From contig MU057584.1 of assembly GCA_013265495.1 (NCBI GenBank), forward strand, positions 660,608-724,607: 64,000 bases of DNA, written 5' to 3'. Positions 37,501 to 49,200 of this stretch are shown piece after piece; position 1 is the first letter of the stretch; each line of letters begins with the position of its first letter. Under the pieces are notes generated by a model that worked only from the letters and a program-made list of their open reading frames with translations, was not told the origin of the DNA and ran no database searches. Source of the DNA: Vicugna vicugna (taxonomy: Eukaryota). The translations under genes and the position numbers were made by a program.

Positions 37501-40500
37501 TGGGTTGTTTCCACCTTGTGGTTATAATGAATAATGATGCTATGAATGTTAGTCTACAAATATGTTTGTGTTCCTGCTTTTAATTCTTTCAGGTATATAC
37601 CCAGAAGTAGAAATGATGGATGCAAGATTAGTTTGCCTATTCAGGGTCCCTTGAGATTCCCTATGAATTTTGGGGTGGGTTTTCTACTTCTGAAAAAAAA
37701 TGCTGTTAGGATTTTTATAGAGTTTGTACTGAGTCTGTAGATCACTTTGGGTAGTACTGTAGTCTTAGCAATATTAAGTCTTCCAATCCACGTACATGGG
37801 ATGTCTTTCTGATGTCTTCTCTAATATGTTTCAGTAATGATTTGTAGTTTTCAGTATATGTCTTTCCTTCTTGCTTAAGTTAATTCCTAAGTACATTTAT
37901 TCTTTTATTCTTTTTGATGCTATTGCAAGTGGTATTTTTTTCATAACTTCCCTTTTGGGTTGTTCATTGTTCATCTGGAAAAATGCAACTGATTTCTTGG
38001 TGCTGATTTTGTACCTTGTGACTTTGTGAATTTGTTTATTAGTTCTCACTTTTTTTGTGGAATCTTTAAACTTTCTCCGTGTAAGATCATATAATCTGCA
38101 AACAGAGATAATTTTGTTTCTTCCTTTCCAATTTTTGAATGCCTTTAACTTCTTTTCTTGGCCTAGTTGCTCTGGCTAGAACTTCCAATACTATATTGAA
38201 TAGAAATAGCAAAAGCAGGAAACCCTTTCACCATTTCACTGTTGAGTGTGATGTTAGCTGTGGGCTTTTTATAGTATTATATGTATTATTATGTGCATTA
38301 TCCATATATTTATTATGTTGAGATAGTTTCCTTCTATTCCTAGTTTGAGTGTTTTAATTATAAAAGGCATTGAAATTTGTCCATTTCATCTAGATTATCC
38401 AATTTATAGGTATCCGGTTGTTCACAGTGCTCTCTTTAATCGTTTTTCTTTTTTTAATTTTCTTCCTTGATTTTTTTTTTTACAATCGATGAACCAACAT
38501 GGGCACATTATTATCAACCAAAGTCCATAGTTTACATTAAGGTTCACTCTTGATGTTTTACATTCTATGAGCTTTGACAAATGCATAATGACATGTAGCC
38601 ACCAATATAGATATAGTTTCAAATAATTTCATTGCCCTAAAAATCCCTTGTGTTCCATCTGTTCATTCCTCCCTCCCTCCCTCTCCCCAAACCCCTGGAA
38701 ATCATGATCTTTTTGTTGTTTCTGTAGCTGTGCTGTTTCCAGAATGTCATTTGGAACCGTACAGTTTGTAGCCTTTTCAGACTGGCTTCTTTCATTTAGT
38801 AATATGTCTTTTAAATTTCTTCCATGCCTTTCATGGTTTAATAGATCATATTTTTTTTACTGCACATATATTTTTAATTTACATATATGTACTGTTCATT
38901 GTTTTTAAGAACGTTTAGAACTTTAGCCTTTTAAACTTACATAGTTATCAAAGGCATAAAGGCACCCACAAAATAAGAATTAATTCAAAAAGATACATAC
39001 ACCCTGCTATTAACAGCAACATTATTTATAATTGCCAAGATATGGAAGCCTCCTAAGTGCACATAGATAGTTGAACAGACAATGAAGATGCAGCATACAT
39101 ATATATATGATGGAATACAGCTCACCCATAAGAAAGAAGGATATTTTGCCATTTGTGGCCCTTCATTCACATTTTGTTTTTCACTTCAAAAACTGGAATT
39201 TTATAGCTGGCAGAGACATTTCCATTACATCAAAAACAACAAAATACCTAGTAATAAACTTAACCAAGGAGGTTACCTGTACTCTGAAAACCAAAATGAC
39301 ACAAAGAAATGGAGAGATTTCTTGTGCTCTTGGATTGGAAGAATCAACACTATCAAAATGGCCACACTACCCAAAGCAATCCACAGATCCAATGCAACCC
39401 CCATCAAAATACTCACAACATTCCTCACAGAACTAGAAGAAACAATTCCAGAATTTATAAGGAACCACAAAAGACCCCAAACAGCCAAAGCAAACCTTTG
39501 TAGGTCTCTTTTTTTCCCTCTTTCTTCTTTTTGTTCTCTTTTCTTATGGTTTGATGACTACAGAAGGCCCTTTAACATTTGTTGTAAAGCTGGTTTGGTG
39601 GTGCTGGAATCTTTTAGCTTTTGTTTATCTGTGAAGCTTTTGATTTCTCCATCAAGTCTGAACGAGAGCCTTGCTGGATAGAGTATTCTTGGTTGTAAGT
39701 TTCCCCCTTGCATCACTGTTAATATATCACTCCACTTCCTTCGTTTCAGAGTTCTGCTGAAAAATCAGCTGATAACCTTATGGGAGTTCTTTAATCCTTT
39801 TTATTTCTGTAGAATCAGTATAATGTCCAACTTTCATTTCTGGTTTTAGTAATTTCAGTATTTTTTTCCTTAATCAATTTTGATAAATGTCAAATTTGTT
39901 CATTTTTTCAAAGAATCAACTTTTGGTTTCCTTGATTTTCTTTATTATTTTTTCAATCTCTATTTTATTTTTCTCTGCTGTAATCTACTAGTTATTTTGT
40001 TCTGTTAGCTTTCAGCTTACTTTGTTCTTCTTTTTCTAGTTCCTTAACTTATAGAGTTAAGTTGTTGATTTGAGGTAAGTTTTTCTTTTTTAAAGCATAT
40101 GTTTACAGCTATTAATTTTCCCCTTAGCACTGCTTTTACTGTGTCCCATAAGCTTTGGAATGTTGCATTTTAACTTCCATTTTCATTTGTCTCTAAGTAT
40201 TTTTAAATTTCCTTTGTAATTTCTTCGTTGATTCATTGGTGTTTGAGAGTTGTGGAAATTCTTTATATATTATGGATATTAATCCCTTATCAAATGAATG
40301 ACTTGCAAATGTTTCCTGCCATTTTGTGAGTTACCTTTTCACTCTGTCAGTAGTCTTTTAATATACAGAAGCTTTTAATTTCCATGACATACAGTTTATC
40401 TATTTTTCTTTCGCTGCTTGTGCTTTTGTTATCACCCAACTTTAATGACACACAACAAATGCAGAATATGAAGTATTTTCTTGAACTTACAGATCATTTC

Positions 40501-43314
40501 ACAAAACATAAATTCAACAAATATCAGACTCCAAATGATATAATTTATTCTCTTTCCATAGTGAAACTAAGCTAGAAATAAATTATTTAAAAAGTTGGGG
40601 GAAACTTATGTGTTTGGAAATTAGATAATACACTTAAAGAAAGTTCCTGGGTCACAAATGACAATAAAGCTAGGAAACGGTTTGAGCTAAATGATACTAA
40701 AATCCTACACATCAAAATTTGTGGGATGCAAAGAAAATATATAAACTTAAGTGCATGCATTAAAAGAGTAGGCTGAAAATCAATTATTTAACTGCCCATC
40801 TCAGGAAGTTAGGAAAAAAAAATCAAAGAAAACATAATGATGGAAATAATGAAGATAAGAGCAGCCATTCATGCAACAGAATATATTGAAGCTTTCAAAA
40901 CAGAGCATTTAGAAAGTCAAAACTTTGCACTGAAGGACTTTTAAATAAAATTGACAAAACCTTTTAGATTGATCAAGAAAAGATGAAGAGAAGGCACAAA
41001 TAACTAATATCTTAAATGAAGGTAAAGGTACCCATGGAGTTATTAAAAATATAAGAAGGTCCTTCTAAGTCTTAATGGCAACAATTTGAAATGTTAGATT
41101 ACTCAAGGCATTTCCTAGGAAACATGGTGTATTCAAACAAATACAAGAAAAAGTAAAAAACCTGACTATTGCTTTATCTGTTCAAGAAATTGAGTCCTGT
41201 AAAATACTGTAAAACTTCGTCACAATAGTGGTTACTCTTGGAGGGGTCATGTGTGGAAAGAAGCATGGGTGGGGGCTTCTCAGGAGTTGATAATTTTATT
41301 TTTTAAAAACTGGATGCTGGTTACATGGCTGTATCCAGCTGGTGAAAATTCATGAAGCTATACACCTGTGATATGGGCACATTTCAGGATCTATATTGTT
41401 CTTCATTAGAAAGTGTCAAAAAGATAAAAATATAAAACCTTCCCATAAATAAAATCTCCAGGCCCTGATGCCTTTATCAGTGAGCTGCCAAACACTTAAG
41501 GTCAAAGTAGTAACAATCTTATCCAAATTGTTTCGAAGACTAGAAAAAGAGCACACACTTTCCAACACATTTTATGACGGGTTATAACCATCATACCAAA
41601 ATCTGACAAGGAAATTATAGGAAAGTAAAATTTGAGCTTAATCTCCTTCAGGAACTTAAATACAAATACCCTGAACAAAATAATTAGTTAAATATGTCCT
41701 GTGATATATGAAAAGAATCACATATCATGATCAAATGAGCTTTATTCCAGGAATGCAAATGATTCAGAATTTTAAAATCAATCTAGATATTAACAGAAAA
41801 CATGGGAGAAAAACTGTATGATCATCTGGATAGATACAGAGAAAGTAACAATTAATTGCTAAGAGTTAACACACGCTCATTATTTTTTAGAAAGTAAACT
41901 AGGAATAGAGAGAAACTGCCTTGATCTGACTGACTGACTTCAAAGAACTTGCAACTAGCATTATACCTATTCTATGAGATTGGGAACAAGACAAGGAAGC
42001 CTGCTATGACCTCTTCTGTGTAACATTTCATGGGAGGTCCTAGGCAGTGACATAAGATAAAAAAATAAATCAACGTTATAAAGCCAGGAAAGGAAGAAAT
42101 ACAGATATTATTTGCAGACGAAGAGACTGTATATGCAGAAAATCCAGAAGAATTTATTCATCATTTCAGTGAATTCTGTATCTGTATACCAGTAATGAAC
42201 AATTAGAAAGTAACTTTTAAGATAAGATTGATTTATTTAATTATCTATTTCTCTATCTATTTATTTCTAATGGCAGTCCTGGGGATTGAACCCAGGACCT
42301 CATGCATGCCAAGCAGGCACTCTACCACTGAGCTATACCCTCCCCCCACCTATGAATTTTAAAAATGCAAACAACCCAGTTGAAAAATAGGAACTAGGCT
42401 TGAACAGGCACTCTACAAAAGAGAAAATTCAAGCAGCCAATGAATATACAAAAGTGTACTCAACCTCTTTCTCATTAGGGCACTACCAATTAACACCAGA
42501 GTGAGCTTCAAGCACGCAGCCACGACAATGGTTAACAGTAAAGTATTGACAGTGCCAAGTGTTGCTGGGGATTGTGGAATAACTAGAATTCTTAAGCTTT
42601 GCTAGTGGGCATATAAACTTGGACAACTGGGGGGAACTGCTTGGCAGTACCTCCTAATAAGCATTTTCTGCAATCCAGCCATTTCAGTCCTGGTTGTATA
42701 AGAGTGCGCATGTGCGCCGGAAGACACACACAAGGATGTTCCTAGATAAGTCGTTTGTGATAGCTCCAAACTGGACACGACCTCAATGTTAGTCAGCAGT
42801 TGATCAGACCCATAAAGCATGCTCTCGTCATACGATGGAAAATTATCACGATGAACACGAATGAAGAACTTCTGCTACACGGAATGGGAATGAATCTTAT
42901 AATGTTTGGCAAACAATGTCAGAGATACAAGAATACATACTGTATGACTCCACTTATATGAAGTTCAGAACCGGACAAAACTATTCTGCAGCATGTTAGA
43001 GGTCAGGACAGTGGTTAACTGGGGGAAAAGCAAGAGTAATGACTGCAAGAGATGACGAATCTGGAAAACTGTCAAACTTTGTTTTTTCAGATGGGTAGAG
43101 GTTAAAGATTTGGATTCATTTTTTACAGTAAAGATTCGTGCACTTTGGCATTGTATGGTATACGTTTATAAAAAATTTACTGATCAAAAAATCCAAAGAA
43201 AGAAGTTTATGAAGTGAAGGTGAAAATCTCCCTTCTCCCTCCAATCCTATAACCCAAAAGTGACCACAAATTTAAAGTGTGGTAGGTAGTTTTCCCTCTG
43301 TGCATATAGGAGGA

Positions 43315-43345
<31 letters not shown>

Positions 43346-46197
43346 TTAAATTCTAATAGAGGCAGCCTATTGTTCTGTGTTTTGCCTTTCACAAGAGGCA
43401 TATATCTTGGGGGTCATTCTCATCAGAATAATGAATGAACCACTCTTTTACTTGTTGCTCAGTGATCCATCCATTGGCTACACTGTGTTTATTTAGTCAT
43501 CTCGGTATTGATGAGCATTCAGGATGCTTCCTGTTATATGTGACTACAAATTGTGTTGGAATGAATACCTCTGGGCATGTGCATTTCTCACATGTGTGAG
43601 TATCTTGGAAAGGAATCACATTTCCAGAAGTAGGTCAAAGGGTAGGTGCATTTTAATTACTTATATATGTGGAATCTCAAAAAAAACCCCACACAAATGA
43701 ACTTATTTACAACACATAAACAGACTCACGGACATAGAAAACAAACTTATGGTTGTGGAGGAGTAGGGGGTAGGAAGGGATAAATTGGGAGTTCGAGATT
43801 TGCAGGTACTAACTACTATATATAAAATAGGTTTCTACTATATAGCACAGGGAGCTATATTTAATATCTTGTAGTAACCTATAATGAAAAATAATACGAA
43901 AAGGAATATATGTATGTATATGCATGACTAAAACATGCTGTACACCAGAAATTGATATGACATTGTAAACTGACTATACTTCAATATATATATATATTTT
44001 TTAAAAAAGGTAGGTGCATTTTAAATTCTATAGATCCTACTTTAAAGAGCAAAAAATGTGTTCCACCATGAAAGAAAAGTAAGCTAGAAAGTAAGAAAAT
44101 GTGGGGGTTGTGCCAGGGCTGTGGAAGGGAAGGACTGATTGGTTCTGCTTTCTTTCCCCAGAAACTCTCGGATATTATAAACTGCAACATGATGTCTGTG
44201 GTCCAGGTAAGACTGCGCTCAGAGGGACTGGGTTCAAGTTTAGCATAGCTCTGACCACTCTGGGTGGTCCCCAGCATCCCCCAGCACTGGGCCCACCCAG
44301 CCTGGAGAAGTGCTAGGGGAATATTCCCAGAGGGAAGGTAGGAAGATGGGAGTGAACTTGAGGAGGCTGCAGGAGTCTGAGTAGGCGGAAGTGTTGGAAA
44401 GGGAAAGACGCGGCCCTCCCCATTCCTCCTGCAGATGACTCGAATCGTCTTGCCACAAATGGTTACCAGGTAAGAGGCAGTCTCTTTGTCTTCCACTCGG
44501 GATCTTATCCTCATCCAACCTCCGGGCTTTTTCCATTCCCCAGACGTCCCATTCCGCTGTCCCACCCACATTCCCAACTCTTACCCGTCTCTCTGATCCT
44601 TCTCAGCTTAGGATGCCGATGAGGGATGGAGGTGGGGAAATCACTCGGACCATCTCTTCTCCACTGGCAGTAACCGCCTTCCAAATAATGCTTCCTCCTC
44701 CAGGCGCAAAGGCATCATCATCAACATATCTTCGATAGTGGACAGGAACCCCTTTCCGTTTATAGCAATGTATGGAGCCACCAAGGTACCCAGACCCACA
44801 GACGGGGCGAGGGCTGGATGCCATGCTGAAATTCCCGCAGTAGCCTTTAAGTCTGGCATTGAAGGTTGTGGTGGAAAATACCCCGAATGGGTGTGCGTGA
44901 TGTATCACCTGCGTCTGAGGCTATAAATAGGTCAGACAGACATCTGGGGCACCGTCCAGTAGGCAAGCGAAATGGTTTGTTTGTTTTTTTAAGAGAAACG
45001 GAGGCTAGGGGTGAAGAGAACCTGTGAGGTGGGAGGAGGGCAGGGAATTCAGAGACTGGCCGGGGTAGAATGGAGAGTGAGTGTGTGGAAACAGAAGGAG
45101 GGCTTGGAGCGGGGACGCATTCACGTGTTAACTTTGAAGCCTTGGACCGTGAGCGGGGGCGGCGGGTGGGGGCCTCCGGGAGCCTAGGAGTGTTCTAGGA
45201 TCTGGGACGGCCCTGGGGCGACGGCGGACGGGAGGAGTCTGCCCAAGGAAAGCTCTTGGTCCTGTGGCCCTCCTTCTCCTTCTCCGCAGGCCTTTGTGCG
45301 AAACTTCTCCGCGTCTCTGAAAGCAGAGTACAGCTCCGAGGGGGTCCTCGTGCAGGTGCCTGACTCTGCAGGGAGGGAGCTCAAAAGGGCCGAGGCGACA
45401 GTGGCAGCTCAGAAGGGCAGGGGGTCTGACAGGGGGAAGGAACTTAGAGACCGCGGAGGCTCTTAGGGGCAGCGGCCGGGGCCGGGGCCGGGGAGCGGGA
45501 GGCGGGCCTGAGAGAGGTTTGCTACCCGGCGGAGCTTCCGTGGAGCAGCGCTCAGAAGCCGTGTGCTCTCGAGGGGGCGTGGCCTAAAGAGGCGTGGTCT
45601 GGGCTGCCTGGGGGCGTGGCCTCAAGGATCAGCGCTCGGAGATTCGCGAGTGAACCAGACCCCGGGATGCTCAGACAGGGCCTGGGAGCTTACGCTGGGG
45701 GGAGGGGAGTTCATTTCTTGATCCCCTTCCTTCCTGCAGACCGTGAGCCCCTTTATAGTTGAAACAAATATGACCTTGGCCATGAAAAATCGATTTCTGG
45801 TGGTGAATGCTCACGACTTCGCTCGGCAGGCATTGGACACGCTGGGCCTCACCTCCTATACCCCCGGGTGCCTCCGCCACGCCTTGCAGGTGCTTTCCTG
45901 GGGCAACCCTAGGCAAAGAGCTGGACGGGACAGTCCCTGGCCCGGATCCACTAGTCCTCAGAAAGGGGGAGACATCCAGAGAAGGGAGGGCCGCCACCCT
46001 GGGCTGGGGAGCTGGGAGAGGAATTGGGAGACGCAGGAATGGGGTGTATCTTGAACTTTGGTATCTCTCCTTCCCAGGGTCTCCTGCTGGCTATCTTCCT
46101 GCCCAGTTGGTTTTGTTGCAGTCGCGAAGGAGTAAAGCTTTTGTCTCTGTTTGCGAATTGGAGTAGGGAACAGTCACTTCCTCGAAGAACTCGATAA
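28364..46197 (+). CDS. Spliced 11-exon gene: SDR-family oxidoreductase, HSD17B12/HSD17B3-like (very-long-chain 3-oxoacyl-CoA reductase-like; probable hsd20b2 orthologue), 320 aa
   Basis: join(28364-28526,28903-28949,33090-33165,33398-33508,33657-33724,44162-44206,44435-44469,44704-44785,45290-45355,45740-45889,46078-46197) = 963 nt. All introns are GT-AG with compatible phases and there are no internal stops. The protein has an N-terminal hydrophobic segment, [14 protein letters not shown] (TGxxxGxG), LISRD, ILVNNV, INISS and MYGATK (YxxxK). Confidence 0.93.
28903..28949 (+). CDS. SDR gene exon 2 ([16 protein letters not shown])
   Basis: Polypyrimidine tract + tag acceptor; Rossmann Gly motif; GAG|gtgagc donor; 47 nt. 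Confidence 0.95.
29160..29940 (-). mobile_element. L2 fragments (intron 2)
   Basis: ttcattcaaaacctattta...gtgcaaaggccctaggtaggg L2-like motifs. Confidence 0.65.
31100..31400 (+). mobile_element. L1 3'UTR fragment
   Basis: L1 3' end with A tail; flanking aagttatga duplication. Confidence 0.8.
33090..33165 (+). CDS. SDR gene exon 3 ([25 protein letters not shown])
   Basis: cccccgcag acceptor; G|gtgagg donor; 76 nt. Confidence 0.95.
33398..33508 (+). CDS. SDR gene exon 4 ([37 protein letters not shown])
   Basis: tccccag acceptor; G|gtatgt donor; 111 nt; ADF and LEIGIL family motifs. Confidence 0.95.
33657..33724 (+). CDS. SDR gene exon 5 ([23 protein letters not shown])
   Basis: ctcactcag acceptor; CAA|gtaagt donor; 68 nt; NNV motif. 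Confidence 0.92.
34433..35322 (-). mobile_element. L1 3' fragment in intron 5
   Basis: ORF2 relic [24 protein letters not shown] tggataaaagattttt at ~34417 and ~35323. Confidence 0.85.
35955..43200. mobile_element. Cluster of nested L1 fragments in both orientations, plus SINEs (37159-37285, 42260-42347), in intron 5
   Basis: ORF2 relics ([42 protein letters not shown]) and 3'UTR motifs. Confidence 0.8.
43319..43345. repeat. (TG)n microsatellite
   Basis: Direct observation. Confidence 0.95.
43655..43990 (+). mobile_element. L1 3'UTR fragment
   Basis: L1 3' end; flanking ggtaggtgcattttaa duplication. Confidence 0.8.
44162..44206 (+). CDS. SDR gene exon 6 ([15 protein letters not shown])
   Basis: tttctttccccag acceptor; CAG|gtaaga donor; 45 nt; contains the Asn of the SDR tetrad. 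Confidence 0.93.
44435..44469 (+). CDS. SDR gene exon 7 ([12 protein letters not shown])
   Basis: cctcctgcag acceptor; AG|gtaaga donor; 35 nt. Confidence 0.93.
44704..44785 (+). CDS. SDR gene exon 8 ([27 protein letters not shown])
   Basis: cttcctcctccag acceptor; AAG|gtaccc donor; 82 nt; catalytic Ser and YxxxK. Confidence 0.95.
45290..45355 (+). CDS. SDR gene exon 9 ([22 protein letters not shown])
   Basis: ttctccgcag acceptor; CAG|gtgcct donor; 66 nt. Confidence 0.94.
45740..45889 (+). CDS. SDR gene exon 10 ([12 protein letters not shown]...GCLRHALQ)
   Basis: ttccttcctgcag acceptor; CAG|gtgctt donor; 150 nt; PxxVxT motif. Confidence 0.93.
46078..46197 (+). CDS. SDR gene exon 11, coding part ([39 protein letters not shown])
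   Basis: ctctccttcccag acceptor; LPSW motif as in the family; TAA at 46195-46197. Confidence 0.85.
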   Translation, partial: GLLLAIFLPSWFCCSREGVKLLSLFANWSREQSLPRRTR

Positions 46198-46299
46198 AAA
46201 GCCTTCGAGAGGCATGGGCACTTGTCCGTCGTCCCCAGCTCCCCCGTTCCCTCCAGAATCCTGGACCAGGGCTGCTGATGTTAGAAAAGATGGCCCACA

Positions 46300-49200
46300 C
46301 GTCGAAACAGACGGACAAGCAGGCCAGTGGAACAGAACTGGATCCCCAAACGCCTGGACATTTAGTGACAACTGTGGCATCTCAAATCTTTGGCAGAAAG
46401 ATGGAGTTTTTAATATGTGGCACTGAAACAACTAGATAGACATTTGGAGAAAAACAAATATATACATATACACACATACATAAATTGTAGCAATGATGGT
46501 TGCACAACTTTGTGAAACACTAAAAAACACTAAATTGTACACACTAAAAGGTATGTGAATTATATGTCAATAAAAAACTTTTAAAAGAGACCCCCCCCGT
46601 GTGTGTCCAAATATATCTCTCTATATAATTAGATCCAGTCCTCACACCCTGTACCTGCATAAACTTCAAATGAATCAGAAATCCCTGTGTAAATATGGAA
46701 ACATAACAAGTAGAATCCATGAATTTCTTTCCATCTTGGAAGTGGGAGAATCTTTCTAATTACTACTGAAAATTAAAAGCAGCAAAAAACAAAAAAACCC
46801 AACCTAACAAATATCAAACTTTAGTTAATGATATGCAGGCTAACTTATTTAGAAAAAGTGTACTGATGTCAGTAACTTACTTCGAAATGCATTAAAAAGT
46901 TAGATTAATTAATGGATGAATAGAGTGTATAGAAATATGGTTAGACAAGTATGGTAAAATGTTAGTAACAGAATCTAAGTGGTAGACACACGTTCCCTGT
47001 ACACTTCTTTCAACTTTCCTGTGTGTTTAAAATTTTTCATAATAAACTGCTGGGGAAATCCAGGAGCAATACAATTAAATTTATAAATAAAACAACTTAA
47101 GTAGATTTAGAAATTATTTAAGAAAAGATGACACCATAAACAAAGTAAAACTGTGATGATCTCAGAGAAAATATTTACAAGTTACATCACACACAAAATG
47201 TTTATCTCCTTAATATATAAGAAATAGTCTAAAAGCTCAATGTTTTAAGGTGTGCACAAGAAATGGACAGTTCATAGAGAAACAAATATGAGTGTTCCTT
47301 AACTATATGAAAAGGTGCTCAACTTCACTCATAATGAGAACAATGCCAATTTAAAACCACTTATGAAAGTGACAAAAATTCCTAAGCTGGGAAACACACT
47401 CATGCATTGCTGGTGGGTATGCAAAATGATACAACCTCCACGGGGAGAAATTTGACAATAGCTAACTAACAAAACAACATATGCATTTACTCTCATACCT
47501 AGCAATGCTGCTTCCAGGAATATACCCTAAAGACCCATCTCCATGGAAACAGCAAGACCTCACTTTGGGGGCAAGGTTGATACCTTCAAAGAACAAAAAG
47601 GAGGCCCATATCTGTGTAACAGGTGGGGCTATTTTTAATTTTCTATTTTGAAGACCATCTGGACCTGGATTTTTGTGGCAAAGTTTTAAACTGTGGATTA
47701 AATTCTCTGATAGATACAAGAATATTCAGATTTCCTATTTCTTCTTGGGTCAGTTGTGTTTAAGTTCTGTTTCAAAAAACTTACCCTTTTCATCTAAATT
47801 TCCAAATGTACTGATATGAATTGTTTCATAATACCTTCTTATTTCCCTTTTCATGCTTGTAGGATCTATAGTGATGTCTCATTTTGATTCTTGATATTGA
47901 CAATTTTTCTTTTTTCTTCTTTGATCTTGAGAGAGATTTATTGATTATATTAAGCTTTTCTTTTCTTTTTTTTAACTGAAGAACAGTCTGTTATAATGTG
48001 TCAGTTTCTGCTGTACAATACAATGACCCAGCCATGCATATACATACATATATTCATTTTCATATTATATTAAGCTTTTAAATAGACAGCTTTTGGTTTA
48101 TTGATTTTTATGTTGTATATTTGTTTTCTGTTTTGTTGATTTCTGCTCTTGCCTATATCATTTTATTTTCTACTTTGTTTTTAATTTGTTTTTCTTGTTC
48201 TACCTTCTTAGATATTTGATTTTTATATTTTACTGTCTTGATACATGCATTAAAAGCTATACATTTCCCTCTAAACATAATGTTTACAGCATCCACAAGT
48301 TTTGCTATGTTACATTTTTATTGTTACTCAGTTAAAAATGATTCCTTATTCCCATTTTTATTTCTTCTTTGATTCACAGGTTATTTAGAAGTATGTTGTT
48401 TAATTTCCAAACATGGAGCTATTCTAGTTATCTAACTACTAGAGTACTCTAATTTAATTCAAAAGCTATTGGAGAATATATACTATACAATTTTCATCCC
48501 TTGAAGTTTTTTAAGGCTTAATTTATGGCCCAGAATATGGTCTGTTTTGTAAAAGACCTTTCTTTATCCTGATAAATTTCCTTGCTTTGATATTCTGTTC
48601 TGTTTGAAATTAATATAATATATAATAAAAATAATATAATGATAACATAGATCTACTGTCAACATATTCCCTCCATTTTTTTCTCAGAAATTCCTTATTT
48701 CACCTTCATTTTTGAAGGATAATTTTGCAGAATTTTTTTCTCCCAACACTTTAAATATTTCAGTCCACTCTCTTCTTGATTACAGTTTCTGAAGAGAAGT
48801 CAGTGCAATTCTTATCCTTGTTCCTCTGTAGGTAAGGTGTTTTATCCCTCTGGCTTGTTTCAGGCTTTTATTCTCTATCTTTGTTTCTCTCTTCTTTGTG
48901 TGTGGGAGAGAGGAGGTAATTAGGTTTATTTATTTCTTTTTTTAATGGCTGTACTGAGGACTGAACCCAGGACCTCGTGCATGCTAAGCATGTGCTCTAC
49001 CACCTCCCCAGTCTCTAGCTTTACTTTTCTGTAATTTCTGTGGTATCGTGCTTGGTGTTCTCTGAGCTTCCTAGATCTGTGATTTGGTGTCTGACATTAA
49101 TTTGGGGCAAATTCTCAGTCATTATTGTCGCAAATATTTCTTCTGTGCCTTTCTTTCTTCTCCAATTACACATATGTCACAACTTTGGTAGTTGGCCTAC

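Larger units (their letters stand above)
45100..46330. promoter_or_regulatory. Intragenic CpG-rich island over exons 9-11
   Basis: Dense CpGs against a CpG-poor background; two ggggcgtggcct motifs and a (ggccgg)-type G-tract in intron 9. Confidence 0.6.

Noticed and set aside
39082..39681. 199-aa ORF
   Set aside because: It is a chance read-through of joined L1 fragments, not a gene.
43981..44577. 198-aa minus-strand ORF
   Set aside because: It is antisense to exons 6-7, has no recognisable domain and ends in an L1 tail.
28364..46197. Naming the gene HSD17B12, HSD17B3 or HSDL1, or calling it a pseudogene
   Set aside because: It is too divergent from those mammalian orthologues as recalled, and no frameshift, premature stop or broken splice site was found.
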